A DNA stretch of 64,000 bases from an uncultured Phycisphaerales bacterium (GCA_963758525.1 CAVWVQ010000005.1:160001-224000); one strand, 5' to 3'; shown: positions 42,389-52,115, counted from the stretch's first letter. Numbers and translations: made by a program. The notes: generated by a model from the sequence alone, not told the origin.

Positions 42389-42575
42389 ATCTGTTTCTCC
42401 GTTGTCAGCGATTCTATTCGCACAAGCATTCAAAGCCGCGAGGCCAAAAAGCGGTTTCGCGCGTCTATTCCCCCAGTTTCGGGAATTGGCAAAGGCATTG
42501 CAATCTCGCGCCGCGAAATTGTATCACGCGACCGAACGCTTTGCCGCCGTCACCGCGCCGCAGTAATGTGCAAAC

Positions 42576-43286
42576 ATGCGCCCGCTCGTTGGCATCACCG
42601 TAGACACCGCCGACGATCAGCCGCCGCAGTATGAATCGCCGATGGCGTACGCAACTGCCGTCGAGAAGGCGGGGGGCCTGCCGGTGCTTTTGCCGTATCA
42701 GATCGACCACGCGTTGATTCCGCAGATGGTCGATCGACTGCAAGGCGTTCTGTTCAGCGGCGGGAACGACCTGGACCCGGCGATCTACGGCGAAACGTAT
42801 CACCCTAAAGCGGTCCCCATCGATCCGAATCGCCAGCGTTTCGAGCTGGCGCTGATGGCGGAGGTGGAAAAAAGGCGAATGCCAGCACTGGGCGTCTGTC
42901 TGGGCTCCCAACTGATGAACGTCTATCGCGGCGGAAGTCTCAATCAATTTCTTCCCGATATTCCCCGCGCCGACGCGATCGAGCATCGCAATCTGGAGAG
43001 ATCCTACCCCAGGCACGGCATCCGCCTGGTGCCCGGGTCGATCGCGGCTGCCGTCATCGGACACGCCGACGTCGATGGAAACACCGCCCACAAGCAATCC
43101 GTCAAAACGCCGGGCCGCGGGCTGCGAATCATCGCGACGTCGCCCGACGGCGTCATCGAAGGAATCGAAGACCCGACCTTTCCTCTCTTCCTCGGCGTCC
43201 AATGGCACCCCGAGCGGCTGCATGCCGAAAAGGATCATCTCGCCCTCTTCAAGCTGCTGGTCGATAAGGCAGCCGCACAGTCCTGA
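42576..43286 (+). CDS. Gamma-glutamyl-gamma-aminobutyrate hydrolase family (peptidase C26)
   Basis: RPLVGIT, SGGNDLDP..YG, LGVCLGSQL.NV..GG.L.Q, DGVIEGIE, GVQWHPE. Confidence 0.92.
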   Translation: MRPLVGITVDTADDQPPQYESPMAYATAVEKAGGLPVLLPYQIDHALIPQMVDRLQGVLFSGGNDLDPAIYGETYHPKAVPIDPNRQRFELALMAEVEKRRMPALGVCLGSQLMNVYRGGSLNQFLPDIPRADAIEHRNLERSYPRHGIRLVPGSIAAAVIGHADVDGNTAHKQSVKTPGRGLRIIATSPDGVIEGIEDPTFPLFLGVQWHPERLHAEKDHLALFKLLVDKAAAQS

Positions 43287-43304
43287 GGCGGCTGCCGTGT
43301 CATG

Positions 43305-44444
43305 TTAGGGCAGGATCGTCAACATCTGCCGCGTCTTCTTCTCCGCGGCATCCGCCAGCAAGGTCCCCGCGTTTTGCAGGCAATGCTCGATGGACATCGA
43401 GGCGTCTTGCAGCGCGAGGTATTCCGTCAACCCTTCGTCGCGGGCCGCCTCCGCGCCTTCTCCGACCGACCCGACGAGCGCGACGCACTTCACTCCCAAC
43501 TCCCGGCAAAGGCGCGCGACGCCGATCGGCGCCTTCCCATGCAGGCTCGATGCATCCAGCCGACCTTCTCCGGTGATACAAAGATCCGCGCCGGCCAATC
43601 TGCGTCGCAGCCCGGTCGCTTCGAGGACAAGCTCGGCGCCCGGCCGAAGCGTCGCTCCAAAAAACGCGATCATTGCGAAGCCCAGTCCGCCGGCCGCGCC
43701 GGCGCCCGGCGTCATCGCCGCCGCGAGTTTCCCGGTGCGTTGGGCGAGCTGGCGCAGCGCGCCATCCAGAAATTCCACCTGCGACGGGGTCGCGCCCTTT
43801 TGTGGCCCATAGACCTGGGCTGCGCCCTGCGGTCCAAACAATGGATTGCACACATCACACGCCACGGTGATGTGAACGCGCTCGATCGCGCTGCCGCGGC
43901 CATGTTTGATCAGCAGTACCCGAGGAAGATCGGCTGCCGTGAGCGGCTCGGTCAACGAAAGCGGCTCGCCGTCCTGCAGGAGCACGGGCAACTCGCACGC
44001 CTGGGCGCAGCCGATGCCTCCGTCGACCGTCGCGCTTCCGCCGATCCCGAGAATAATGCGCTTCGCCCCAAGACGCATGGCCGCGGCGAGCAGCTCGCCG
44101 GTGCCAAACGTCGTCGTATACATCGGATTTCGCTCGTCGGCCGCCAGCAGCGCCAGCCCGCTTGCGGCGGACATTTCGACCACTGCTGTCTGCCCGTCGC
44201 CCAACATTCCGAACGTGGCGTCGACTTTTCTTTCCGGAAGGGGGCTCGTGACCCGGCATGTATGAAGTGTTCCCCGCGTGGCGGCAACCAGCGCGGCGAC
44301 CGTTCCTTCGCCGCCGTCCGCGATCGGGCACAGATCCACCTCCGCCTCGGGCGCGGTACGGCGAACGCCCGCCGCGATCGCGCGGCATGCTTCGTCAGCA
44401 GTGAGGGACCCGCGAAATTTGTCGGGAGCAATGACGATTCTCAC
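43305..44444 (-). CDS. Glycerate kinase (GlxK/GarK family)
   Basis: IVIAPDKFRGSL.A, PIADGGEGT, TTFGTGEL, GIGGSAT.DGG.G, GPQKGAT, ITGEGRLD..SL.GK. Confidence 0.93.
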   Translation of the reverse strand: MRIVIAPDKFRGSLTADEACRAIAAGVRRTAPEAEVDLCPIADGGEGTVAALVAATRGTLHTCRVTSPLPERKVDATFGMLGDGQTAVVEMSAASGLALLAADERNPMYTTTFGTGELLAAAMRLGAKRIILGIGGSATVDGGIGCAQACELPVLLQDGEPLSLTEPLTAADLPRVLLIKHGRGSAIERVHITVACDVCNPLFGPQGAAQVYGPQKGATPSQVEFLDGALRQLAQRTGKLAAAMTPGAGAAGGLGFAMIAFFGATLRPGAELVLEATGLRRRLAGADLCITGEGRLDASSLHGKAPIGVARLCRELGVKCVALVGSVGEGAEAARDEGLTEYLALQDASMSIEHCLQNAGTLLADAAEKKTRQMLTILP

Positions 44445-44450
44445 GGAGTG

Positions 44451-45772
44451 TCAAAACTCCAGAATTCCAAATCCAATTTGTTCGCCCCTGAGCACCCCGA
44501 TTCGCACCTGCCCGCTCTTGGGAAGGCGGTGCAGCAGCGCACAAAGTCGTCGAGCGTGCCGACGCGATACCGTCCCAATTGCACCACGACATCGCCCGGC
44601 TGAAGTCCCGCGCGGGCGGCAATGCTGTCGCGCGCCACCTCATTCACGAAAATGCCCTCTTCCAGAGATAAATGATACTTCTCGGCCAGTGCCGGCGTGA
44701 CTGGAACAACCGCGATCCCCAGGAGCTTGTTTGCCTCGACGATTGCATCCGGCGTGGCAACCGCCCGTGGAATGATGGTCTCCCCTTTTTCGCCGGCAGC
44801 GCAGACGATCTTGATCGGCTGATCGCGCCTGCTCCGCAGCAGCACCGCGTACGCGTCGATGATGTCATTCACCGGCTGCCCGTCGATGGATGTCACGGTT
44901 CGCGGCTTGGGCTCATCGATCATCACGCGACATGCCACCGCCGCCGGCGGCGTCAGATCGCGTATCTCCTTCAGCCGGATCGGAACGTCGACCTTGCTGG
45001 CCGACGCCGGGTTCATCAGTTCGGGGATCAGGTCGCGGAGCCGATTGATGGGAATGGAAAACCCGATGTTCTGCGCGTCGCTCCGCACGGCGGTGTTGAT
45101 CCCGATGACTTCGCCGTAGGCATTGAGCAACGGGCCGCCCGAGTTTCCGGGATTGATAGCCGCGTCCGTCTGGATCAGATCGCGCAATGCCGTCGGCTCG
45201 TCCGAATCCTTCAGATCGCGATGCACCGCCGAGACGATTCCCGTGCTGACCGTGTGGCTGTATCCCAGCGGATTGCCCACCGCGATCACCGGCTCGCCGA
45301 TCATCAGGTCGCTGCTGTCCCCCAACGAAATGGTCGGGAATGGCTTATCACTGGAGATTTTCAGAACCGCCAGATCGGCGTCCGCGTCCGTGCTGATGAG
45401 ATCCGCCGGCAGTTTGCGTCCATCGGCCAGTTCCACGGTGATCTGCCGGGCGCGGTCGATCACGTGGTTGTTCGTCACCACATACCCGTCGCGATGAATG
45501 ATGAATCCGCTCCCCAGCGCATTAGCCGGCACCTGAACCGCCTGCCCGCCCTGAAAGAGCTGCCAAAACGGATCGTTCCCAAACGGCGAGACGCGTTTGC
45601 TGATCATTTTCGTCGCCGAGATGTTCACCACCGCGTTCTTCGTCTTCTCCACCACCTCCACCGTCACCGTCCGTCGAAGGTTGATCGCCTCCGGCCCGGC
45701 GCCGACGGCGGCTCGCGACGCCGCGATCGCCGAACAGACAACGAATCCAACTAACATCAGCCAGCGTTTCAT
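44451..45772 (-). CDS. HtrA/DegP-like serine protease with PDZ domain; frameshift near 44541
   Basis: Signal peptide, GSGFII, TNNHV, DLAVLKI, IQTDAAINPGNSGGPL, AGLQPGDVV. The corrected C-terminus ALLHRLPKSGQVRIGVLRG...LEF ends at 44451. Confidence 0.9.
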
Positions 45773-45995
45773 GATCACCTTTCAGCTCCGCGGAAGCAGC
45801 GTCCCGCTTGATCGATGATAGCTCCAAACTACGCACATTCAGTGTCCCGTGCATTTACCCTGGCCGGAATACCGGGAGGGGGCAGGCGCAGAGACGGTCT
45901 TACACTCGTTGCACGAGCCCGCCCTGCCTATTATTCTCTATCCGGCAGTTCGCGTACTTGGGGTGGTCGCATGTCTCTCAGCCTTGGGGTAACAA

Positions 45996-47621
45996 ATGAA
46001 TGGATTTGCATCAAAGTTGATTTTTCTTTCGGCAATGTTGCTTGTCGCCGCGGCTTCCGCGCCCGCGGACAAGATCACGCTCAATGACGGAACGGTTCTG
46101 CAGGGTCGCACGATCCGGCAAAGCGATGGCTACTGGATCAAGCTCGACGACGGGACCACGCAGACGATCCCCAATGATCAGATTCGCAGCGTCGAGAGGG
46201 CAACTGCGCCCGCTCCGTCCGCGAGCGGGTCCGCTCCGAACGCTTCCGCGCCGCCGGCGGCAGCGCCGCAATTGGGCAGCTCGCTGGCGGCGGTCAAGCG
46301 CCGGGCCGACGCCGTGCGCGCGCCATTGGCGGGTGTTGCCATCTGGCAGCAGTTCATCGACTCCAAACCGCCTCCGAGCGACGCCGACCTGAAAGTGGCG
46401 CACGACCAGCTCGCTCAGTGGCAGAAGCTGGCCGATGCGGGCGCAATGCGCATCAAGGGCCGATGGATCACTGGCGAAGAGCTGACGCAAACCCGCGACA
46501 AGCTCAAGCAACTCATGACAGAGCACATCCAATTGCTCCGCGAGAATCAGACGCTCGCAGCCATTAAAAAGCTTGAAGAGGCGTATGCCATCTATCCCGA
46601 TTCGTATCACATCACGTTTGAGCTCGGCTATGTATCGATGCTGGAGCACGATCAGGACAAGGCCATTCGTTACTTTGAGGAGGCCTTGAAAATCCAGCCC
46701 GGTCTGGCAGCCGCCACCGGGAACGTGGGGCTTTGTCTCATCGCGAAAAAGAAGCTCATGGAAGGCGTTATGAAGCTTCAGCAGGCGGCGCAGCAGCAGG
46801 ATTCGCCGCAACTCTCTCACGATCTGACGCTGGCGCTGTTGCGCGTTCCCCCCGAGCAGCACGAGAGCGAACGCCTGAAACCGGCGATTGCGACGGCATC
46901 ATTGCTGGAATCAAAGTATGCGGCGTTGCCGCCCAATACGTTTGTCCCCGACAAATATGTGTTGCTGGAACTGACCATCGCGCCGTCGGCCGGTGCCGAA
47001 GGTCCTAAAATGTGGAGCGGCACCGGCTTTCTGATCAACAAGGACGGCTTGATCCTCACCAATCGGCACGTCGCCAAGGACGCAAAGACACTGATGATCA
47101 CGCTCGACGGCGGCGAGCAGACCACCGCCGAGGTTGTCGTGATCGACGACGAGCAGGACCTGGCGCTGTTGCGGATCGATCCCGCGACGTCAAAGCATGC
47201 GTTCGTCAAATTTGCCCCGGAGAAGACACCCGCAGCCGGCGCGGATTGCACGGTCATGGGTTTCCCCCTGGCCGATCGGCTTGGCGCCAACATCAAAGTC
47301 ACGCGCGGCATCGTCACGGGGATTCAATCCGAAGGCCTCGACGCGGATGTCCTGGTTGACGCCAAGGTCAATCCCGGCAACAGCGGCGGCCCCATGCTCG
47401 ACAAAAACGGGGACGTGATGGCCATCGTCAGCATGAAGACGCAGAGCAATTCCCGCGAAGACACTTACGGCATCGGCATCAGCGCAGGGCTCATCCGCCG
47501 GTTCCTCGACAAGAATCACGTGAAAGTTCCCAAGGCCGACGCGAAAGAAACCGCGATGTCCACCGAGGATATTGCCGCCAAGACCCGGCCGGCGGTGGTA
47601 ATGATTTTTGCGACGCAGTAG
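45996..47621 (+). CDS. Secreted TPR plus trypsin-like peptidase domain protein
   Basis: Signal peptide, DKITLNDG..LQG, TPR-like helices, SGTGF, LTNRHV, DLAL, NPGNSGGP. Confidence 0.85.
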   Translation: MNGFASKLIFLSAMLLVAAASAPADKITLNDGTVLQGRTIRQSDGYWIKLDDGTTQTIPNDQIRSVERATAPAPSASGSAPNASAPPAAAPQLGSSLAAVKRRADAVRAPLAGVAIWQQFIDSKPPPSDADLKVAHDQLAQWQKLADAGAMRIKGRWITGEELTQTRDKLKQLMTEHIQLLRENQTLAAIKKLEEAYAIYPDSYHITFELGYVSMLEHDQDKAIRYFEEALKIQPGLAAATGNVGLCLIAKKKLMEGVMKLQQAAQQQDSPQLSHDLTLALLRVPPEQHESERLKPAIATASLLESKYAALPPNTFVPDKYVLLELTIAPSAGAEGPKMWSGTGFLINKDGLILTNRHVAKDAKTLMITLDGGEQTTAEVVVIDDEQDLALLRIDPATSKHAFVKFAPEKTPAAGADCTVMGFPLADRLGANIKVTRGIVTGIQSEGLDADVLVDAKVNPGNSGGPMLDKNGDVMAIVSMKTQSNSREDTYGIGISAGLIRRFLDKNHVKVPKADAKETAMSTEDIAAKTRPAVVMIFATQ

Positions 47622-47725
47622 AGAACTGACTGGAGTCCGGGCTCGACGTGAAGTCGAGCTGCGTTGTTGAGGAATGGGATCGGTATTGGGCCGCGACGAC
47701 GGACTGACGCCCATCTCCGATTGAT

Positions 47726-48571
47726 TTAGCGCAGGCTAGCAGCGGGCTGAGACGTGGGCTGCGCGGCATTTGACGCATCATTGGCTGAGAGCGGTTGTGT
47801 CGTCGCCGAGGTTCGGCGGTCCTGGCGGTCCTGCAGCAAGGTCGCGGTCGCTTCAACCTCAACGCGGCGGTTCTGAGCCTGGGCGTCGGGGACGTAAACG
47901 CGCTGCACGATCGGCTCGAAGGTGGAGCAACCCTGCACGCGCAGGATGGCCGGCTCGACGCCATGCTGCGTCAGAAAATCGGCGACTTTCTGCGCGCGGC
48001 GAATCGAGAGATCCATCTTCTGCTCTGGGCCGGTCCCGTCGGGAAAGTCGTCCAGCGATGTATTTCCCTTTACCAGCACGATGTTGTAGTGACCGCGCAC
48101 CTGGTCCGCGATCTGGCCCAGCATGGCCGTCGTCTCCGGCGTGAGGGTGGCGCTCGCCGGGTCGAATAACAGCCGGCCACCAACAATCGCCTCAAGTCCC
48201 TGCCGAATCGTCGTTACTTCCGGATCAGTCCCTTCCGCCCCCTGGCGGCGCAGCTTCGTTTCGCCGCCTTCCCCGGGACTTTTGAGCGGCAGGTGAAGCT
48301 GCTCAATTTTCTTCATGAGCATAAACATATCGATCGGGTCTTTGCTTTTCGTATCCGGAATGTACTTGAAAGCCTCGCGGATCTTCGCGACCGTTTCCAG
48401 CCATTTCTCGTCCAGCGTGCGCTGGTTCTCCTTCCCCGCCGGCGGCTTGAGCACCCAGAGGATCACGAAGAACCCCATCATGAGCATGACAAGATCCGCG
48501 AACGTGAAGATCCACTCGGGGCATTCTTCGCATTCGCAAGCCTTCGCTTTTTTGCATCCGCATTTAGCCAT
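47726..48571 (-). CDS. motB: Flagellar motor stator protein MotB (OmpA-like C-terminal domain)
   Basis: PEWIFTFADLVMLMMGFFVIL, LFDP.SA.L, LS.RRA..V...L, NRRVEV; downstream of motA. Confidence 0.85.
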   Translation of the reverse strand: MAKCGCKKAKACECEECPEWIFTFADLVMLMMGFFVILWVLKPPAGKENQRTLDEKWLETVAKIREAFKYIPDTKSKDPIDMFMLMKKIEQLHLPLKSPGEGGETKLRRQGAEGTDPEVTTIRQGLEAIVGGRLLFDPASATLTPETTAMLGQIADQVRGHYNIVLVKGNTSLDDFPDGTGPEQKMDLSIRRAQKVADFLTQHGVEPAILRVQGCSTFEPIVQRVYVPDAQAQNRRVEVEATATLLQDRQDRRTSATTQPLSANDASNAAQPTSQPAASLR

Positions 48572-48572
48572 G

Positions 48573-48988
48573 GCGTCGCTGCGCTCCGAAATCCGAATGA
48601 CGAAACCCTGCGCGTCGCTGCGCTCCGAAACCCGAATGACGAAATCCGAATCCCCGAATCAAACTGCTCTGCTGAATTCCTCTCGCCGTCGCTTGTTTTC
48701 CCCCTCCCCTGGTACTCCGGGGGAGGGTTGGGGTGGGGGTTTGCAGGCGCAACGACAAGGATTTCAGCAGAGCAGAATCAAACCAGAATGACCGAATGAC
48801 GAATGACTGAAACGGAGTCCAGCTTTGTGTGCCTCAAGAAATTACGTCACCGCGCGTATCGCGCGACGATACCGATATCAGTAGCTACTGTTATCGGCGG
48901 GAGTTTGGGGTTCACGAGCTAGCTTTCGACATTCGGTCATTCGTCATTCGGGCTTGATTCTGATTTCTGGTTTCGTCATTCGGACTTC
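48573..48988. repeat. Composite intergenic repeat: 39-bp tandem duplication and GAATGAC/GTCATTC heptamer arms in inverted orientation
   Basis: GCGTCGCTGCGCTCCGAAA.CCGAATGACGAAA occurs twice; the right arm (48929-48988) is complementary to the left arm; internal palindrome at 48872-48897. Confidence 0.8.
48664..48775. mobile_element. 112-bp MITE with 18-bp terminal inverted repeats and 7-bp target-site duplication
   Basis: TIRs CTGCTCTGCTGAATTCCT and AGGATTTCAGCAGAGCAG (1 mismatch), flanked by AATCAAA at 48657-48663 and 48776-48782. Contains CCCCTCCCCTGGTACTCCGGGGGAGGG. Confidence 0.8.
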
Positions 48989-49012
48989 CGCCTGACGCTC
49001 CGCGTCATGGCG

Positions 49013-49791
49013 TCAAGCGGCTTTTGGCATCGCTGCCTGCTGCTTGTTGCTCAGGAAGCTCAGCAACTGCATTTCCACCACGCGGGGATTGTTGCCGGCT
49101 TGAATGCTCAAGACGCCCTGCAGGATGATTTCCTTGGCAAATGCCTCTTCCTGGGAACGCAGCAGCAGCTTCTCGGCGATCGGGCCGGCAACGAGGTTTT
49201 GCAGCATGCACCCGTAGAGCGTTCCGGTGAGAGCGATGGCCAGCGCGTTTCCGATGACGCTGGCGTCGCCGCCGAGGCTGCGGAACATCGCGACCTGGGC
49301 GATGAGCGTCGCCATCAGACCAAAGCCGGGGCCGAACTTGGCCAGCGTGTGAAAGAGATGTTTGCCGTGCTTGTGGCGTTCGACCATCGCATCGATTTCG
49401 ATGCGGAGGATGCGCTCGATCAAATCGGGGTCGGTGCCGTCGATGGTGAGCTGCAGGCCGCGGCGAAGGAACGGATCGGGCGCCTCGCGGGCGACGGTTT
49501 CCAGCGCCAGCACCCCGTCGCGGCGGGCGGTTTCCGCGTATTGCACCATTTCCTTGATAACGTGCTCAATGTGAGCGTCTTTGTTGAACAGCCACTTTTT
49601 GACATAGGAGACAACATTGGTGATGTTGTGCAGCGGCATCGAGAGGACGCCGCCCCGATCGATCCGCCGAACACCAGCAGCATTTCCGGCGGTTTGAAAT
49701 AGGCCTCGAGATGCCCTTCGGATGCGTGGAACATCGAAAAGACAACGGCTCCCCACGCGAGCACGATGCCGATCACACTGGCCAGATCCAT
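49013..49791 (-). CDS. motA: Flagellar motor stator protein MotA; frameshift near 49649
   Basis: MDLASVIGIVL, LLVFGGSIGA, ARRDGVLALE, DPFLRRGLQL.IDG, PGFG, GTLYG, GVLSIQAG.NPR. Confidence 0.92.
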
Positions 49792-50008
49792 TGCCGGTTC
49801 CTCGAATGCGAAGGCCGCACGATCGGCCTGGAATCGAACGACAGTGGTGGTTTACCACTATCCTCATTTCGGCATTCGGCAGCATGAGAATTGAACTATT
49901 ATCGGAACCGGCACGTCGCAGTGCCTCTGCGTGTGGCCGCCGAGCTTGCTCGCGGTCCGCGGCGTAATCACGCGAGACGTTTCCAATGACCCCAAAGGAC
50001 ATTGACCG

Positions 50009-50353
50009 ATGACCGAACAAACACCTCCACCGTCCCCCGTCCTCGCTCTGGTTCGCGACCTGCTTTTTGCCTCGAAGATCACCGGCACAGCCAAGGCTGC
50101 AGGAATTCCTGTCAAGATCATTCGCGATCCGAGCCACCTCGCAGGGCAGGCCGGCCGGCGTCTGCTGGTCGATCTCACGCTCGAAGGCGCGATCGACGCC
50201 GCCGTCGCATGGCACCAGCAGACCGGTCTGGACGTCGTTGGCTTTGCCGGTCACGTCGACGCCGATACCCTTTCCCGCGCCAAGTCCGCGGGCATCCCGA
50301 AAATTGTCTCAAAAGGCCAGTTCGTCCAGATGCTGCCGGAACTCGTCGCTTGA
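50009..50353 (+). CDS. Hypothetical protein with degenerate receiver-like fold
   Basis: RBS AAAGGA; ALVRDLLFASKI, LLVDL, VGFAGHVD....A..AG...V.KGQF. Confidence 0.7.
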   Translation: MTEQTPPPSPVLALVRDLLFASKITGTAKAAGIPVKIIRDPSHLAGQAGRRLLVDLTLEGAIDAAVAWHQQTGLDVVGFAGHVDADTLSRAKSAGIPKIVSKGQFVQMLPELVA

Positions 50354-50386
50354 TCAACACTTCCGATTGCCAAAAACCCGCAAAAA

Positions 50387-50415
50387 TTGACAGGACCTAC
50401 TCCACGAATTAGCTT
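50387..50415 (+). promoter_or_regulatory. Putative sigma-70 promoter of rnc
   Basis: TTGACA-N17-TAGCTT. Confidence 0.65.
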
Positions 50416-50460
50416 TTTACTCAGTTGAGGCCCTCATCCGAAGGGCATCCGTAACGTCTG

Positions 50461-50533
50461 GGAGCTGGTGGAGTTCAAGTTTGCCTGATCGCACTTGAAG
50501 CGATCATTCAAACTCGCATTCCATTTCTGCTCC
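50461..50533 (+). promoter_or_regulatory. Long imperfect hairpin in the rnc leader (rncO-like)
   Basis: Nested pairings GGAGC/GCTCC, GGTGGAGT/ATTCCATT, AGTTTG/CAAACT, TGATCGC/GCGATCA. Confidence 0.6.
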
Positions 50534-50573
50534 GGCTTCTGCCGGCGGCATCTGGCCGCAAAGGTGAATTAGC

Positions 50574-51311
50574 GTGAATACCGAAGCTCGCGTGCGTGCC
50601 GAGGAAATTCTCGGTTACACGTTCAAAAATCCCGCCCTGCTCAAGGAATCGCTCACGCATGCCTCGATTGCCGACCATCGGCTCGAGAGCAACGAGCGAA
50701 TGGAGTTTCTCGGCGACGCCGTGCTCGACCTGATCATCTGCGAACTGCTGTACCGCAAGTTTCCTGAATATCAGGAAGGGGACCTGACCAAGATCAAGTC
50801 GGCGGTTGTGTCGCGAAAGACCTGCGCCGAGGTCGCCAATGAGACGGGTCTGACCGACATGCTGATCATCGGCAAAGGCATCAGTTCGCGCAGCGCCATG
50901 CCGAGCTCCCTGGCCGCGGCTGTCTACGAGTCCATCGTGGCCGCGGTCTACCTCGACGGCGGTTTTGACGTCGTCAAGGACTACGTGATCCGTACGATGA
51001 GCCCCAAGGTCGAAAGCATCGCGGCCAATGCACATCAGCAAAACTACAAAGCCGTTCTCCAGCAACACGCGCAGCGCGTGATGGCTGCCACCCCCGTGTA
51101 CGAGCTTCTCGACGAAAAAGGCCCGGATCACAGCAAGTGTTTCGAGGTGTGCGTCACGATTGACGGCCGCCGATTCACCCCTGCCTGGGGCCCCAACAAG
51201 AAGATGGCGGAGCAGAAAGCCGCGCTGCTCGCGTTGGAAGATCTCGGGGTTTTCGCGGCAAACGAACTCGATCGGGCGATTGAAGCGATTGCTGACGTGA
51301 AGGAGGAGTAG
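50574..51311 (+). CDS. rnc: Ribonuclease III
   Basis: LTHAS, NERMEFLGDAVL, EGDLT, YES..AAVYLDGG; dsRBD NYK..LQ, GPDH.K.F, KK.AEQ.AA. Confidence 0.97.
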   Translation: MNTEARVRAEEILGYTFKNPALLKESLTHASIADHRLESNERMEFLGDAVLDLIICELLYRKFPEYQEGDLTKIKSAVVSRKTCAEVANETGLTDMLIIGKGISSRSAMPSSLAAAVYESIVAAVYLDGGFDVVKDYVIRTMSPKVESIAANAHQQNYKAVLQQHAQRVMAATPVYELLDEKGPDHSKCFEVCVTIDGRRFTPAWGPNKKMAEQKAALLALEDLGVFAANELDRAIEAIADVKEE

Positions 51312-51473
51312 GGTTCAGGGTTCAGGGTTCAGGGTGTCAGGGTTCAGGGTGTCAGGGTTCAGGGTTCAGGGTGTCAGGATTCAGGGTGTGAGGGTTCAGG
51401 GTTCGGCAAAAAACCGAGATCCTAAAATCCTGAACCCTGAACCCTGAACCCTGAACCCTGACACCCTGAACCC
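51311..51473. repeat. Inverted heptamer/octamer tandem arrays (GGGTTCA/GGGTGTCA x13; TGAACCC x6)
   Basis: Arms at 51311-51405 and 51431-51473, between convergent rnc and pyrE. Confidence 0.92.
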
Positions 51474-51509
51474 TCAACTGAAAACCGCCGAAGGGTCGGA
51501 AAACGTCCT

Positions 51510-52031
51510 CTAAACCACCCCCAAATCCTTCGTCGTAAACAGGCTCTCAAACACATACCCCGCCGACTCGAGATTCTGTCGTGCGCCCTCCATCCGATCG
51601 ATCACGGCCACAATTCGATCGATCTTCGCGCCCGCTTGCTCCAGCGTCCTGGCGGCTTCGAGGACTTGTCCGCCGGTGGTCAAAACGTCCTCCACAATCA
51701 GCACTCGCTCGCCGGCGTTGAGTGTCCCTTCGAGCAGTTTGCTGGTGCCGTAATCCTTCTTCTGATTGCGGATGATGACAAACGGCTTCCCGCACTCGAT
51801 TGCGGTCGTCGCGGCCAGCGCCACCGCTCCAAGCTCGGCGCCGGCGATGCGATCGACATTGCTGTTCACGCGGTTGGCGAACAATTTTCCCAATGCCACC
51901 AGAATATCCGGCTGCGTTTCGAAGAGATATTTATCGAGGTAGTAGTTGCTCTTGCGCCCGCTGCGGAGCGTGAATTCACCGCGCAATAAAGAAGCCTCGG
52001 CGATCCGCTTTGCCAGTTCTGCTTGGGTCAT
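51510..52031 (-). CDS. pyrE: Orotate phosphoribosyltransferase
   Basis: GEFTLRSGRKSNYYLDK, AG.ELGAV, KKDYGT, VLIVEDVLTTGG, VIDR.EG. Confidence 0.95.
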   Translation of the reverse strand: MTQAELAKRIAEASLLRGEFTLRSGRKSNYYLDKYLFETQPDILVALGKLFANRVNSNVDRIAGAELGAVALAATTAIECGKPFVIIRNQKKDYGTSKLLEGTLNAGERVLIVEDVLTTGGQVLEAARTLEQAGAKIDRIVAVIDRMEGARQNLESAGYVFESLFTTKDLGVV

Positions 52032-52080
52032 GGGCGCAATATTGCGATTGGGGTCGGCGGAGTCAAATCGTTTCGGCGCC

Positions 52081-52115
52081 GAAGCTGAAAGCCCACGGCT
52101 TAGCCGTGGGCTTTG
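52081..52115 (+). repeat. REP copy 1 (27-nt palindrome within a 35-bp repeat)
   Basis: GAAGCTGAAAGCCCACGGCTTAGCCGTGGGCTTTG, identical to 52550-52584. Confidence 0.9.

Noticed and set aside
48783..48930. Four-helix-bundle gene of the kind often found between such heptamer arms
   Set aside because: The loop is only about 120 bp and has no suitable ORF.
51311..51405. GGGTTCA repeats as telomere or eukaryotic contamination
   Set aside because: The array is internal, lies between intact bacterial genes and has an inverted partner arm.
39655..51473. Tandem arrays as a possible CRISPR
   Set aside because: Units are 7-8 bp with no unique spacers, and no cas genes are present.
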